This document shows, in pieces, positions 42,807 through 52,451 of a stretch of DNA of 64,000 bases. A program made the translations under genes and the position numbers. The notes under the pieces are model-generated. The model was not told the DNA's origin, searched no databases, and saw only the letters and a list, made by a program, of their open reading frames with translations. Position 1 is the stretch's first letter. Every line of letters begins with the position of its first letter. Source of the DNA: an uncultured delta proteobacterium (GTDB lineage Bacteria; Desulfobacterota; Syntrophia; Syntrophales; Fen-1087); the NCBI GenBank assembly GCA_963708515.1, contig CAVPSX010000011.1:104710-168709 (forward strand), read 5' to 3'.

Positions 42807-43829
42807 CTAATGCCCACCCCCGCCGGGGTTGTAAGTGAAGTCTTCCTTGTCGTTTTCCTTGTACGTGCTCAGCGGTGCGGAACTATCCAGCGATGCGCCG
42901 GCCCGGTGCTCAAAGAGTTCAAAAGCGTCCTTATCGAGCTTTTTCAGGAACTTCCTGAGATCCACGCCCATGGGGCATACGCTGATGCAGGACCCGCAGT
43001 CCACGCAGCGGCCGACCATGTGATACATGCGCATCAACTGAAACATCTGCGTATCCGACGGATCGTCGCTGATGCCGACCCACTGGGGCTGGCTCTGCTC
43101 GGCAAAACAGATCCGGCAGTAGCAGGACGGACACGTGTTCCGGCAGGCGGCGCAGCGGATGCATTTTGCCATTTCCCTGGTGAAGTAAGCCCAGCGCTCC
43201 TCGATCGGCAGGTTCTCGAATTCGTCGACCTCCGCATATTCCGAGTCCGCGTCCATGGGCGGCGCCGGTTCACCGACCATCAAGTCTGAAATCACGGGAT
43301 TGTTATACCTGCATGTCCGGCAGTTGTCGGCCAGGACCTCCCTGAGGGCGATTTTCTTTTCACCGGCTGCCGTCTTGACGACGAGTTCATCGTTCGTTGC
43401 GGACCCGCCCAGAATCTCCTCCTGGTCCAGGGCAATGGCCAGTTTCTTCTTATCCACATACCCCGTGCACGGAACGCCGATGATCACGCATTCGCTGCGA
43501 TCGTACTGCAGTTCCTGAAGATGAATGACCAGCGAGCGGGAGGTGCAGCCTCTCGCCACGACGCCGAAGGCCTTTTTGATGCGGTCCTGAGGCTTGACGC
43601 GCTTCTGCGACTCCTTGTGCTGCATGACCAGGTCATGGACGAATTTCGCGAGGTTCTGCGTGCAGAACCGGTTCCAGACCAGTTTGTCCGCATCTTTGGG
43701 GTTCGTAATGAAACAGGGTGTTGCCGTCAGCGGCAGGGTTCCATCCTCGTAGCCGATAACGGCGTCCACCTTCTTCTCGATCAGCAATTTTCTGGCTTCT
43801 TCCCGCAGCTTCTTTTCGATATTTTCCAC
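42807..43829 (-). CDS. flxC: FlxC-like 4Fe-4S dicluster protein
   Basis: RGC..R, IGVPC.G, CIRCAACR..CP.CYC, GRCVDCG.C..CP. Confidence 0.78.
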   Translation of the reverse strand: MENIEKKLREEARKLLIEKKVDAVIGYEDGTLPLTATPCFITNPKDADKLVWNRFCTQNLAKFVHDLVMQHKESQKRVKPQDRIKKAFGVVARGCTSRSLVIHLQELQYDRSECVIIGVPCTGYVDKKKLAIALDQEEILGGSATNDELVVKTAAGEKKIALREVLADNCRTCRYNNPVISDLMVGEPAPPMDADSEYAEVDEFENLPIEERWAYFTREMAKCIRCAACRNTCPSCYCRICFAEQSQPQWVGISDDPSDTQMFQLMRMYHMVGRCVDCGSCISVCPMGVDLRKFLKKLDKDAFELFEHRAGASLDSSAPLSTYKENDKEDFTYNPGGGGH

Positions 43830-43849
43830 AGTTCCCGATTCCTCGTTCG

Positions 43850-44290
43850 TTATTGATAGCTTTTAACCAATTTGCTGGCCGGCCCCAGTTCCCTTACGGC
43901 CTGAGTCACCCCTTTGATGACCTGGGCAAAACGGTCGCCTTCGGAAGCGGAAATCCACGTAAATATGGTTCTGTCGCCTTCCATCCCAATGTAATTCAGG
44001 AAACGTTTTAACGTCGCAAACTTGCGCCGCGCCACCAAATTTCCTGACAAATAGTGGCATTCACCCGGATGTCAACCGGAAACCAGAACGCCGTCGGCGC
44101 CTTCCTGAAGGGCCTTCATGACATAAAAGGGGTTGATCCTGCCGGTACAGGGAACGCGGATGATGCGAACATTGGGCGGATATTGGATTCTGCTGATCCC
44201 TGCCAGATCGGCTCCGGCATAGGTGCACCAGTTGCAGACAATGGCAGCGATTTTCGGCTCCCAGCCTTCTTTTGCTTGATTTTCAGCCAT
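43850..44290 (-). CDS. mvhD: MvhD/FlxD [2Fe-2S] protein, selenoprotein (UGA at 44074-44072)
   Basis: [33 protein letters not shown] continuing in frame to WISASEG. Confidence 0.92.
44031..44058 (-). promoter_or_regulatory. putative bacterial SECIS hairpin
   Basis: GCCACUAUUU-GUCAGG-AAAUUUGGUGGC stem-loop starting 13 nt after the in-frame UGA. Confidence 0.7.
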
Positions 44291-44335
44291 ATATTCTCCT
44301 TCCAGCGGCAATACGGCTTTCAGCAGCCGTTCGCA

Positions 44336-47300
44336 TTAATTTATATTAAATATCTGCGCCAGTACTTCTTCGTTGTTAAAGCCGTTGAGATCCGCTGCGT
44401 TCATTCGGCAGGAGGCCGTGCAGATGCCGCAACCCTTGCAGAGAACCGAATTGACGACGGCGCAGCCTTCGGCGGCGTCCACCGCAATGGCGCTGAAGGG
44501 GCAGTTGATCTCGCAAAGCCCGCAGGCCATGCAGCGCTCCTTGATCACATAGGCGGTCTTCCCTTCGGCCTCGATATAATCCTTGGTCAGGATCGTACAG
44601 GCCCGCGACACCGCCGCAAAGGCCTGGGTGACCGCCTCTTCGCTGAGTTTCGGCGCGTGCGCCATGCCGCACATGAAGACGCCGTCCGTCTGAAAATCAA
44701 CGGGGCGCAGCTTCACATGGGCTTCGAGGAAGAAGCCGTCCTGGTTGGTGGGCACCTTGAGCATCTTGCCGATGTCTTCGTTGCCGGGATTGGGAACGGT
44801 CCCAACGCTCAGGGCCAGCAGATCGGTCTTCAATTCCACTTTCTCGTTGAGAATCGGATCGAAAACACGGACGGCGATCTGATTTCCGTCCTGACGGACT
44901 TCCGGTTTCCGGTCTTCGTCGTAACGGATGAATTTGACGTTCAGCTCACGGGCTCTTTTGTAGTAGTCTTCCTTCAAACCGAAGGTTCGGATATCCCTGT
45001 AGAGGATCGTGACATCCTTTTCCGGATCGGCCTCTTTGAGTTTCAGGGCGTTCTTGATGGCCTCCGAACAGCAGTAACGGCTGCAGTAGGGCCTTTCGGC
45101 ATTGCGGGAGCCGACGCACTGGATCATGACGACGCTTTTTGCCGCGGACAGTTTGGCGTCATTTTCGGCGATATACTTTTCCAGTTCACGCTGGGGAACG
45201 ACCTGGGCCGAGAGCCCCTGAAGATATTCCTTATTCTCCAGTTCGTAGGCGCCCGTGGCGACGATCACAACGCCGTGCTCAAACTGGGTCTCGCCTTCCT
45301 TCTTCTGTTCGACCGTGGTTTTGTAGTTGCCGATGAAGCCCTCAATTTTTTTAATATCGGCGCCCGTATAGACATGAATCAGCTTGCTGTCCGTGACTTG
45401 CCGCAGCAAGCCGGCCAGATGCTTCTTCGTATCCAGGCCTTCGAGGGTGTAATAGAGGTGGCGGTAGTTGCCGCCGAGCTCAAACTGCTTTTCCACGATA
45501 TGGGATTCAAAACCCTGATCGGCCAGCGCGAGCGCCGCCGAAATGCCGGCCAGCCCGCCGCCGATGATCAGCACGGCGTGGTTGACGCTGAGCTGTCCCG
45601 GCTTCAGGGGTTTCAGATACTGGGCCTTGGCAATGGCCATGCGGACAAGGTCCTTTGCCTTTTCCGTGGCGGCCTCGGGTTCGTGCATGTGCACCCACGA
45701 GTTCTGGTCGCGGATGTTTGCCATCTCAAAGAGATAACGGTTCAAACCGGCCTTTTCGCAGTTCTCCTGGAAGAGCCCTTCATGGGTCCGGGGTGAGCAG
45801 GAGGCCACAACCACGCGGGTCAGGTTGTATTCCTTGATCACTTCGCCCATCTTGACGGCCGTATCCTGGGAGCAGGTAAAGAGGTTGTCCGTGGTAAACA
45901 CCACATTGGGCAGGGTTTTCGCATATTCCACAACGGCGGGCACATCCACCACGCCGCCGATATTGATGCCGCAATGGCAAACAAAGACGCCCGTCCGCGG
46001 CCCGATGCCGCGGAGGTCGTTTTCCAGAGGCACTGACGCCTCGCAGGTCATCGTTCCACGGCGCGATGCAAGCAGACCCTGGGCGCAGGCGGCCGCGCCG
46101 CTGGCTTCCATGACCGTTTCGGGGATGTCCTTGGGGCCGCCGAAGGCGCCGCAGACAAAAACGCCTTCCCGGCTGGTCTGAACGGGATTTTCCAGAGTGG
46201 TCTTGCAAAAGCCGTGTTCCTGCAGCTCGATTCCCAGCGCCTTGGACAGCCCGGCAGCATCTTTGGGAGGCGTCAAACCGACGGACAGGACAACCATATC
46301 GAATTCCTCCTCCACGAGGGTCCCGTCTTCCTTAACATATTTGAGAAGCAGGTTCTTGCTCTGCTGAAGTTCCTTGATGGTGGACGGCATGGAGCGGATG
46401 TAGCGGATGCCGTATTCATTCTTGGCGCGGTTGACAAACCGGTCAAAATCCTTGCCGTGGGCGCGGATATCCATGTAGAAGATGGTGGGCTCCAGGTTCT
46501 TGGCGTGCTCCTTGCCGATGATCGCTTCCTTCGTGGCGTACATGCAGCAGACCGACGAACACCAGCTGTTGTCGCAGGAGGTGTCGCGGGAGCCCACGCA
46601 CTGGATGAAGGCAATCTTCCGGGGTTCCTTGCCGTCCGAGAGCCGCTGGACATGGCCGAAATAGGGACCAGAGGCCGACAGAATCCGCTCAAACTGAATG
46701 CTGGTCACCACATTGGCGTAAATTCCGAAGCCGTATTCGCCGCGCAGCCCCGCATCAAAGGCTTCAAAGCCCGGCGCCGCAATGATCGCACCGACTTCGA
46801 TATTTTCTTCTGCAAACGCATCGTCATGGTTGACGGCCCCGGCAATACATGCCTCCACGCACTGATAGCATTCGGAGCAGATGCCGCAGGCGAGACACCG
46901 GTTCGCTTCCCGGACAGCCGCATCCTCGCTGAAGCCGATCCCCACTTCCCGGAATGTGGTTTTCCGCTCGTCCGGCTTCATGTGGGGATACTTCTCGCGG
47001 AATACCTTGGCAACCCCGGTGGTGTCCCCCTTGTCCGCCAGATCTTTCGTCCAGTCCCTGGCGCGGCCCGCGGCAACATCCTCGCCTTTCAGGTAGCGGT
47101 CGATCGAAACCGCGGCTTCCTTTCCGGCAAAGACGGCCTTGACGACCGTGGCAGGCCCCGTGACCACGTCACCGCCGGCGAAGACGCCGGGGACGTTCGT
47201 CTGGAAGGTCACCGGATCCACATCGAAGTTTTTCCACTTATTGATGGCGATGCCGCTTTCTTTCGTCACAAAATCAAGGTCCGCCGCCTGGCCGATGGCC

Positions 47301-48766
47301 GGGATGACGGCGTCGCACTCAACGATGAATTCAGAACCTTTAATGGGCACAGGACGGCGGCGGCCGCTCGCATCCGGCTCTCCCAGCTCCATCCGGAGGC
47401 ATTCGATCCCCGTGAGCTTGCCGTCCTTGCCGACAATGCGAACCGGGGCTACCTGGAATTCCATCTTGATGCCCTCTTCGAGGGCCTCCTCGATTTCCTC
47501 CGGGGCTGCCGGCATTTCCTTGCGCGAGCGGCGATAGAGCACGAAAACGTCTCTGGAACCTGTGCGGACGGCGGTCCGGACGGCGTCCATGGCGACATTC
47601 CCGCCGCCGACAACGGCTACACGGTTGCCCAGGAAAACCTTCTCGCCCAGATTGACGCGCCGCAGATAATCGACCCCGTGAATGACGCCCTGCATCTCCT
47701 CTCCGGGAATATCCAGTTTGCTGGAGAGTACCGTCCCGCAGCCGATGAAAACGGCGTCGTAATCTTTCTGGAGTTTATCGAACGGAACGTCCTTGCCGAT
47801 CGCGGTATTGAGGTGGATTTTGACGCCCAGATCCTCAATCACCTTGATTTCCGCCTTGAGGACATCCTTGGGCAGGCGGTATTCGGGGATCCCCACCGCG
47901 AGCCAGCCGCCCGCCACGGGGAGAGATTCGAAGGCATCCACGCCGTAGCCCTGCGCCGCCAGGTAGTAGGCCGCGGAGAGCCCCGCCGGACCGGCGCCGA
48001 CAATAGCGACTTTCTTGTCTTTTTTCTCTTTCACTTCGGGAATATACCGGGTCTCGTCATTGAGATCGAGATCCGCCACAAAGCGTTTCAGGTGCATGAT
48101 GTCGATGGGCTGCTCCACCTTGCCCCGCATACAGGCTTCTTCGCAGGGATGGTTGCAGACGCGGCCGCATACCGAGGGGAAGGGGTTGTCCTGCTTGATG
48201 AGTTTGAGGGCTTCCCTGTACTTGCCCGCCGAGATCAGGGCGACGTACCCCTGGACGCTGATATGCGTGGGACAGGCCGCCTTGCAGGGAGACACACCAA
48301 GCTTGTCAATGGCAAACCCGCTCGGAATGGCCTGGGGAAAGTGGCGGTACACGGCCTTTCTTTCGTCCATGCCTTCGTTGAAACTGGACTTGACGGACAC
48401 GGGGCAGACCTTGGCACAGTCCCCGCAGCCCGTGCACTTGTCGAGATCGATAAACCGGGGGGTTTTGGTCAGTCTGACCCTGAAACGGCCCGGTTCGCCT
48501 TCCACGGCTTCCACCGTGCGGCGCGTCATGATTTCAACATTGGGATGGCGACCGACCTCCACGAGTTTGGGGGAAAGGATGCAGGCCGAACAGTCATTGG
48601 TGGGGAATGTTTTATCCAGCTGGGCCATCACGCCGCCGATGCTGATGCCGTTTTCAACGAGGTAAACCTTCATTCCGGAATTGGCAAGGTCCAGGGACGC
48701 CTGGATACCGGCGATACCCGACCCGACCACCATTACTGCACCGACTTTTTCATTATCTTTCAACAC
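44336..48766 (-). CDS. hdrL: HdrL: large HdrA with an inserted GltD-like NAD(P)H-binding module
   Basis: LDKTFPTNDC, ferredoxin motifs, GltD block (CGRVC, GAGPAG, GGGNVAMD), two QCVGSR..CS..CC HdrA cores, C-terminal ferredoxin. Confidence 0.88.
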   Translation of the reverse strand: MLKDNEKVGAVMVVGSGIAGIQASLDLANSGMKVYLVENGISIGGVMAQLDKTFPTNDCSACILSPKLVEVGRHPNVEIMTRRTVEAVEGEPGRFRVRLTKTPRFIDLDKCTGCGDCAKVCPVSVKSSFNEGMDERKAVYRHFPQAIPSGFAIDKLGVSPCKAACPTHISVQGYVALISAGKYREALKLIKQDNPFPSVCGRVCNHPCEEACMRGKVEQPIDIMHLKRFVADLDLNDETRYIPEVKEKKDKKVAIVGAGPAGLSAAYYLAAQGYGVDAFESLPVAGGWLAVGIPEYRLPKDVLKAEIKVIEDLGVKIHLNTAIGKDVPFDKLQKDYDAVFIGCGTVLSSKLDIPGEEMQGVIHGVDYLRRVNLGEKVFLGNRVAVVGGGNVAMDAVRTAVRTGSRDVFVLYRRSRKEMPAAPEEIEEALEEGIKMEFQVAPVRIVGKDGKLTGIECLRMELGEPDASGRRRPVPIKGSEFIVECDAVIPAIGQAADLDFVTKESGIAINKWKNFDVDPVTFQTNVPGVFAGGDVVTGPATVVKAVFAGKEAAVSIDRYLKGEDVAAGRARDWTKDLADKGDTTGVAKVFREKYPHMKPDERKTTFREVGIGFSEDAAVREANRCLACGICSECYQCVEACIAGAVNHDDAFAEENIEVGAIIAAPGFEAFDAGLRGEYGFGIYANVVTSIQFERILSASGPYFGHVQRLSDGKEPRKIAFIQCVGSRDTSCDNSWCSSVCCMYATKEAIIGKEHAKNLEPTIFYMDIRAHGKDFDRFVNRAKNEYGIRYIRSMPSTIKELQQSKNLLLKYVKEDGTLVEEEFDMVVLSVGLTPPKDAAGLSKALGIELQEHGFCKTTLENPVQTSREGVFVCGAFGGPKDIPETVMEASGAAACAQGLLASRRGTMTCEASVPLENDLRGIGPRTGVFVCHCGINIGGVVDVPAVVEYAKTLPNVVFTTDNLFTCSQDTAVKMGEVIKEYNLTRVVVASCSPRTHEGLFQENCEKAGLNRYLFEMANIRDQNSWVHMHEPEAATEKAKDLVRMAIAKAQYLKPLKPGQLSVNHAVLIIGGGLAGISAALALADQGFESHIVEKQFELGGNYRHLYYTLEGLDTKKHLAGLLRQVTDSKLIHVYTGADIKKIEGFIGNYKTTVEQKKEGETQFEHGVVIVATGAYELENKEYLQGLSAQVVPQRELEKYIAENDAKLSAAKSVVMIQCVGSRNAERPYCSRYCCSEAIKNALKLKEADPEKDVTILYRDIRTFGLKEDYYKRARELNVKFIRYDEDRKPEVRQDGNQIAVRVFDPILNEKVELKTDLLALSVGTVPNPGNEDIGKMLKVPTNQDGFFLEAHVKLRPVDFQTDGVFMCGMAHAPKLSEEAVTQAFAAVSRACTILTKDYIEAEGKTAYVIKERCMACGLCEINCPFSAIAVDAAEGCAVVNSVLCKGCGICTASCRMNAADLNGFNNEEVLAQIFNIN

Positions 48767-49141
48767 CTGATCACTCCTAAAGGGTTATATCTATTAAAGA
48801 ACGTGGATCCTGTTGCTGCTGCACAAATTGAGGCTGGGGGCCAAACAGGCGAGCGGTTATCACGATTTATCCACTCATGTCAAGGCCTATTTCGGGATTT
48901 TCTGTCGTGCCCTGCCCTTTGCGCCGCATCCCTGTTCAGCATCCATTTTTTGGTCCATTCGGTTGATGCGTATTTTGATTTAAAAAGAATTGAAATGAGT
49001 CGCCGTTGACCTACGTATAGCAGGAAGAAAGTGATCGGTTGTGAATGTTATCAACTAATTAAATGATTCTGAGAAGTTTGTATATTTAGGATTATGGACC
49101 GAACCAATGGCAGGGATAGGAATGCGACAACCTTTTGCCGA

Positions 49142-49193
49142 GCCCATCTTGCTCGCTTGTTATGTGGCTCTCAGCCAAGCGATCAAGATGGGC
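49142..49193. repeat. 18-bp inverted repeat downstream of the lipoprotein gene
   Basis: GCCCATCTTGCTCGCTTG / CAAGCGATCAAGATGGGC (17/18). Confidence 0.6.
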
Positions 49194-49227
49194 GACTGAC
49201 TAATCAATACAAAGCAGGTACTTCGAC

Positions 49228-49683
49228 TCAGCGATAGCCGCTTTCTTGTGCGTTGTGAATGATCGAGACCAAGTTGCCTGAAGCGTAATCGCGTCTAGAG
49301 CCGCTGGCGAAGATCAAGCGACCTTGGCCCTTGTAAACCATCTCGTGGCGATAACGGTCGCTGCCGCCACGATAGAACGGGATCCAAGCCTTGCCGGTTA
49401 TATAGGTACCCTGATCGGTAGGCTGGCCGATCAGATCGGTCACTTGTTTCATGCTCATTCCTATCTTCAGCTTCGTGAACTTGCTGCCCGGTGCCGGTTT
49501 GCCGGCAATCTCGCCTTCCCAGTCGTTGATGCCCTTTACGGTTTGTACGTCCTTGGGTGACTCGGCTTTTTCAATGGGTGCCTCACTTGCGCTGCTACCG
49601 GACTTTTGTGCCGTCTGGCAACCCATCAGCAAAAAAGTGGCAACGATCACTACAGCTACGTACACAAATCGATTTGTCATCAT
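49228..49683 (-). CDS. small lipoprotein (SmpA/BamE/OsmE-like domain)
   Basis: Lipobox LLMG-C; LKIGMS..QV..LIG.P motif. Confidence 0.75.
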   Translation of the reverse strand: MMTNRFVYVAVVIVATFLLMGCQTAQKSGSSASEAPIEKAESPKDVQTVKGINDWEGEIAGKPAPGSKFTKLKIGMSMKQVTDLIGQPTDQGTYITGKAWIPFYRGGSDRYRHEMVYKGQGRLIFASGSRRDYASGNLVSIIHNAQESGYR

Positions 49684-50114
49684 GAGTCAATCTCCGTTGT
49701 TGAATTGACGAAAAGTTATTTTTTCTGTCAGAGAAGACTACGAAGCTATAACTATTATGTCAAGGAGATTTTATCGAAACCTGATATCGTTTGCCATTTG
49801 ATATCAGCAACTTTTCATGACCCTGCCGGATTGTGTAGTACAGGAAGCTATACGTACTATAATCCGATTGCTCATTTTAAATCGCAAATACGGCGGAGAT
49901 GCTGGCTATACAAGTTCTCGGATTTTGATTTGGAGTCGACGTGGTGATTACCGCTCGAAAGCAGTGATGCCTTTGGAGTCCATGGAAATACCTCCCCGGT
50001 CACTTGCGTCATTTCTATTCTGTCTTCCTATTCCCACCCGCTTGGGTTTTATCCAACGGAAACCGGACAGTGTGTCGCGGTTTCCGGCGGACGTTTATCT
50101 GCTGTGGGTCAGAC

Positions 50115-50405
50115 TCATTTCTTCGCTTTGGCCGGTTTCTTGGCTGCCGGTTTTTTAGCGACCGCTTTTGCTTTGACCGGCGCTTTCGCTTTGGCTTTTG
50201 CCTTTGCTTTGACCGGCGCTTTCGCTTTGGCTTTTGCCTTTGCTTTTACCGGCGCCTTTGCAACCGCTTTTACCTTGGCTTTGGCTGTTTTCGCTGCCGC
50301 TTTTACCGGAGCCTTCACGAGGGTCTTTGTTTTGGCAGGGGTCTTTGTTCAGGTCTTTGCCGCGGCCTTCGCCGGTTTTGCCGGAACCTTCTTTGCTGTC
50401 GCCAT
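50115..50405 (-). pseudogene. Lys/Ala/Pro-rich histone H1-like protein with an in-frame TGA at codon 19
   Basis: GGAGG SD, then MATAKKVPAKPAKAAAKT*TKTPAKTKTLVKAPVKAAAK...KKPAKAKK; 36-bp tandem repeat near 50167-50254. Confidence 0.7.
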
Positions 50406-50995
50406 ACGTACTTCCTCCTTTTCAAATATTCGACCCCGCCTCACTGGGCCCCGGCCCGGCCGTGCCCTCCCGCGTGCGAAATCGTTAGACTCACCAGGAT
50501 GAATACTTTTTATCGTCGCTTTTATGTCAGCCGCATCTCCTGAAATCTTGCTGTCAACAGCAGATAGGTTTTTCTTTTTTTGAGCAAAGTGAGAAACAAG
50601 TTTCTGTTTTTCTGTTCCCAGAGCTTTTCTCTGCTGTTTGATTATCTTCTGAAGCTCAGCTTTTTCTGCCGCGCGAACTTGCTGGGGAGATAAAATTTCC
50701 ACACGTAAGCCTGTAAACGGACCTATAGAGCCAGGGATCAAATTGTATTTTTGAGCGATAGAATCTTCAATTTGGTAACCATTGACAAACTCCTTATTGC
50801 CTAAAACATCAAGGAATAATTTGCTCATAATTAGTCACCAATCCATTTCTGGCTCAATCCGATTAATGCGTACTTCCTCTTATATAGTACATGCCGTATT
50901 CATTCAAGGATTAGTTGAGGTCGGCGTAGTTTGATCATAACGCATTGAAATCTCGTATCCATATAAGAAAGCCAATGCCTGCCGAGTGCAGGAAG

Positions 50996-51301
50996 TTATG
51001 ATACGGCAACCGCGAGTGGTCGAATTTGCCGCGCTACTTGGTCTGACAGCGTTTCTTCCACTATATCCATGTCATATCGGCTTTGAATGTTCAGCCAGTA
51101 ACGCGGATTCTGCCCAAAATATCGGCCCAAACGCAGAGCAAGCTCGGCAGTTACCGGCCGTTTCCCGTTCACGACGTAATTGATACGCATGGGGGGAACA
51201 CCAATATCTTTCGCAAGGCGATATTGCGACAACGCCAACTCATCCAGTAATTCTTTTAGATATGTACCGGGATGCACCGGTGGAATACGTTTCTTGACCA
51301 C
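50996..51301 (-). CDS. higA: HigA-family antitoxin
   Basis: PVHPG..L, HTH, TAELALRL..YFG..YWLN.Q..YD. Confidence 0.92.
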   Translation of the reverse strand: MVKKRIPPVHPGTYLKELLDELALSQYRLAKDIGVPPMRINYVVNGKRPVTAELALRLGRYFGQNPRYWLNIQSRYDMDIVEETLSDQVARQIRPLAVAVS

Positions 51302-51313
51302 ACCACACCTCCA

Positions 51314-51595
51314 CTAATGATAATCCTCTATTTCTGCATCTTCTGCATGCCCGTCTAACCATATAAGACAGATTCGCAATTGACTGTTAATGCGGATACT
51401 CCATTGCCCTTTACGATCCCCTTTTAAAGCGTCTAGCCGATTTGAGGGCGGAAATCGTAAATCCTGAATCTCAATAGCTGCATCAATTGCGTTCAATTTC
51501 ATAAATGCCCGCTCTTGAATATCGCCAGGAAATTTACGAGAAAAGTCAGGACGAAAAATCTTCTCTGTTTCGTTACACTGAAAAGATCGAATCAT
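51314..51595 (-). CDS. higB: HigB-family (RelE-like) toxin
   Basis: MIRSF, PPSNRL..LKGDR.GQWSIRIN, DYH C-terminus; toxin-first order. Confidence 0.92.
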   Translation of the reverse strand: MIRSFQCNETEKIFRPDFSRKFPGDIQERAFMKLNAIDAAIEIQDLRFPPSNRLDALKGDRKGQWSIRINSQLRICLIWLDGHAEDAEIEDYH

Positions 51596-51600
51596 GGGTT

Positions 51601-51631
51601 AAATAGTAAACTATTTGTTTATTAATGTCAA
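51601..51631 (-). promoter_or_regulatory. higBA promoter with overlapping palindromic operator
   Basis: TTGACA-17 nt-TACTAT; palindrome AAATAGT-AA-ACTATTT (51601-51616) over the -10 box. Confidence 0.7.
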
Positions 51632-51800
51632 GCAAAAATGGGACCAGATTCTGGCAATATGAAAAGCAATACCGTTTGAAATCAAGCATATTCATCAAGG
51701 GCGACGTTTTGTGGATAACAGCTATCCGCATCAACCGGATGAACCACATTTAATCTCTTTTTACGGCCTTGTCGGAGGCGCTAAAAAGGCTGGCAGTTAG

Positions 51801-52079
51801 TTACCGTTCTTCCCTCGTATGCCAGATACGCAGCACATGGATTTTGGATTCCCGGATTTCGTAGCGCATCTCGTAATGGTTCACCAGGATGCGGCGCACC
51901 TCACGCGGTCCGAACTCTTCTAATTTTTCTCCGATGCGTGGATACTCCTTGAGACGGGCCAGTGCGGCCGTCAGTGATTGCACCATGCGGGCGGCTGCCT
52001 GTTTGTTAACCGGCGCCGGAAAATCGTATAACCGCACCAGATCGGAAAGCGCCTTGCTGGTCCATTTCAGTTCCATCAT
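51801..52079 (-). CDS. RelE/ParE-family toxin
   Basis: LKWTSKALSDL.RL, PRIGE.L, REVRR, YEMRYE, LRIWHTRE.R. Confidence 0.88.
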   Translation of the reverse strand: MMELKWTSKALSDLVRLYDFPAPVNKQAAARMVQSLTAALARLKEYPRIGEKLEEFGPREVRRILVNHYEMRYEIRESKIHVLRIWHTREER

Positions 52080-52219
52080 TGCGGAGATGGCAGCGGGGTT
52101 TCGGTGCTAAGGCTTTCTGCCCACTCTTGTACCGCCTGGTGGTCAATGACTCTGCCGGCATCGACATCGGACATCGCTTCTATTGTCAATCGCTGACGCT
52201 CCTCTTCATGGTCTACCCA
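52076..52219 (-). pseudogene. N-terminally truncated CopG/RHH-type antitoxin
   Basis: Frame reads WVDHEEERQRLTIEAMSDVDAGRVIDHQAVQEWAESLSTETPLPSPQ*, overlapping the toxin ATG; in-frame stop six codons upstream of the W. Confidence 0.78.
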
Positions 52220-52329
52220 TGTGAATAATAATGATTAAGTTAAGAAGTTTCTGTCAACGTAGGTTTATGTCATGTCATAGAGGATGAAACGCAAATTGAG
52301 CATCCGGACTTATTACGAAGCCGTATTTC

Positions 52330-52357
52330 TTGACTTTCCAAAATCCTTTGATATGAT
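52330..52357 (+). promoter_or_regulatory. sigma70-type promoter for the cyclase-alr genes
   Basis: TTGACT-16 nt-TATGAT with extended TG. Confidence 0.55.
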
Positions 52358-52451
52358 CCCGCGAGCACCGGCCAGGGAGGTTGCAAGCCTTGGCCGGACA
52401 GATCAGTATTGTCGTATCATTCCCGCAAGTCGAGATCTCCTCGATTGAGAA

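Noticed and set aside
44054-49009. Long plus-strand ORFs of 580 aa and 931 aa
   Set aside because: Antisense shadows of hdrL caused by codon bias; no recognisable motifs
49039-49056. Rex operator upstream of hdrL (TTGTGAATGTTATCAACT)
   Set aside because: Only one good half-site and about 270 bp from the start; not supportable
50167-50254. 36-bp repeats as a possible CRISPR array
   Set aside because: Directly tandem with no spacers, in frame with coding sequence, and no cas genes
50349-50351. Selenocysteine in the histone-like protein
   Set aside because: No redox or Cys context and no convincing SECIS-like hairpin
50104-50543. Plus-strand ORFs rich in AFAL or FCFDRRF repeats
   Set aside because: Reverse-complement readings of the Lys/Ala histone-like repeat
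51710-51800. attC-like site downstream of the RelE toxin
   Set aside because: AACTAAC and GTT ends are not complementary enough and no integrase is present
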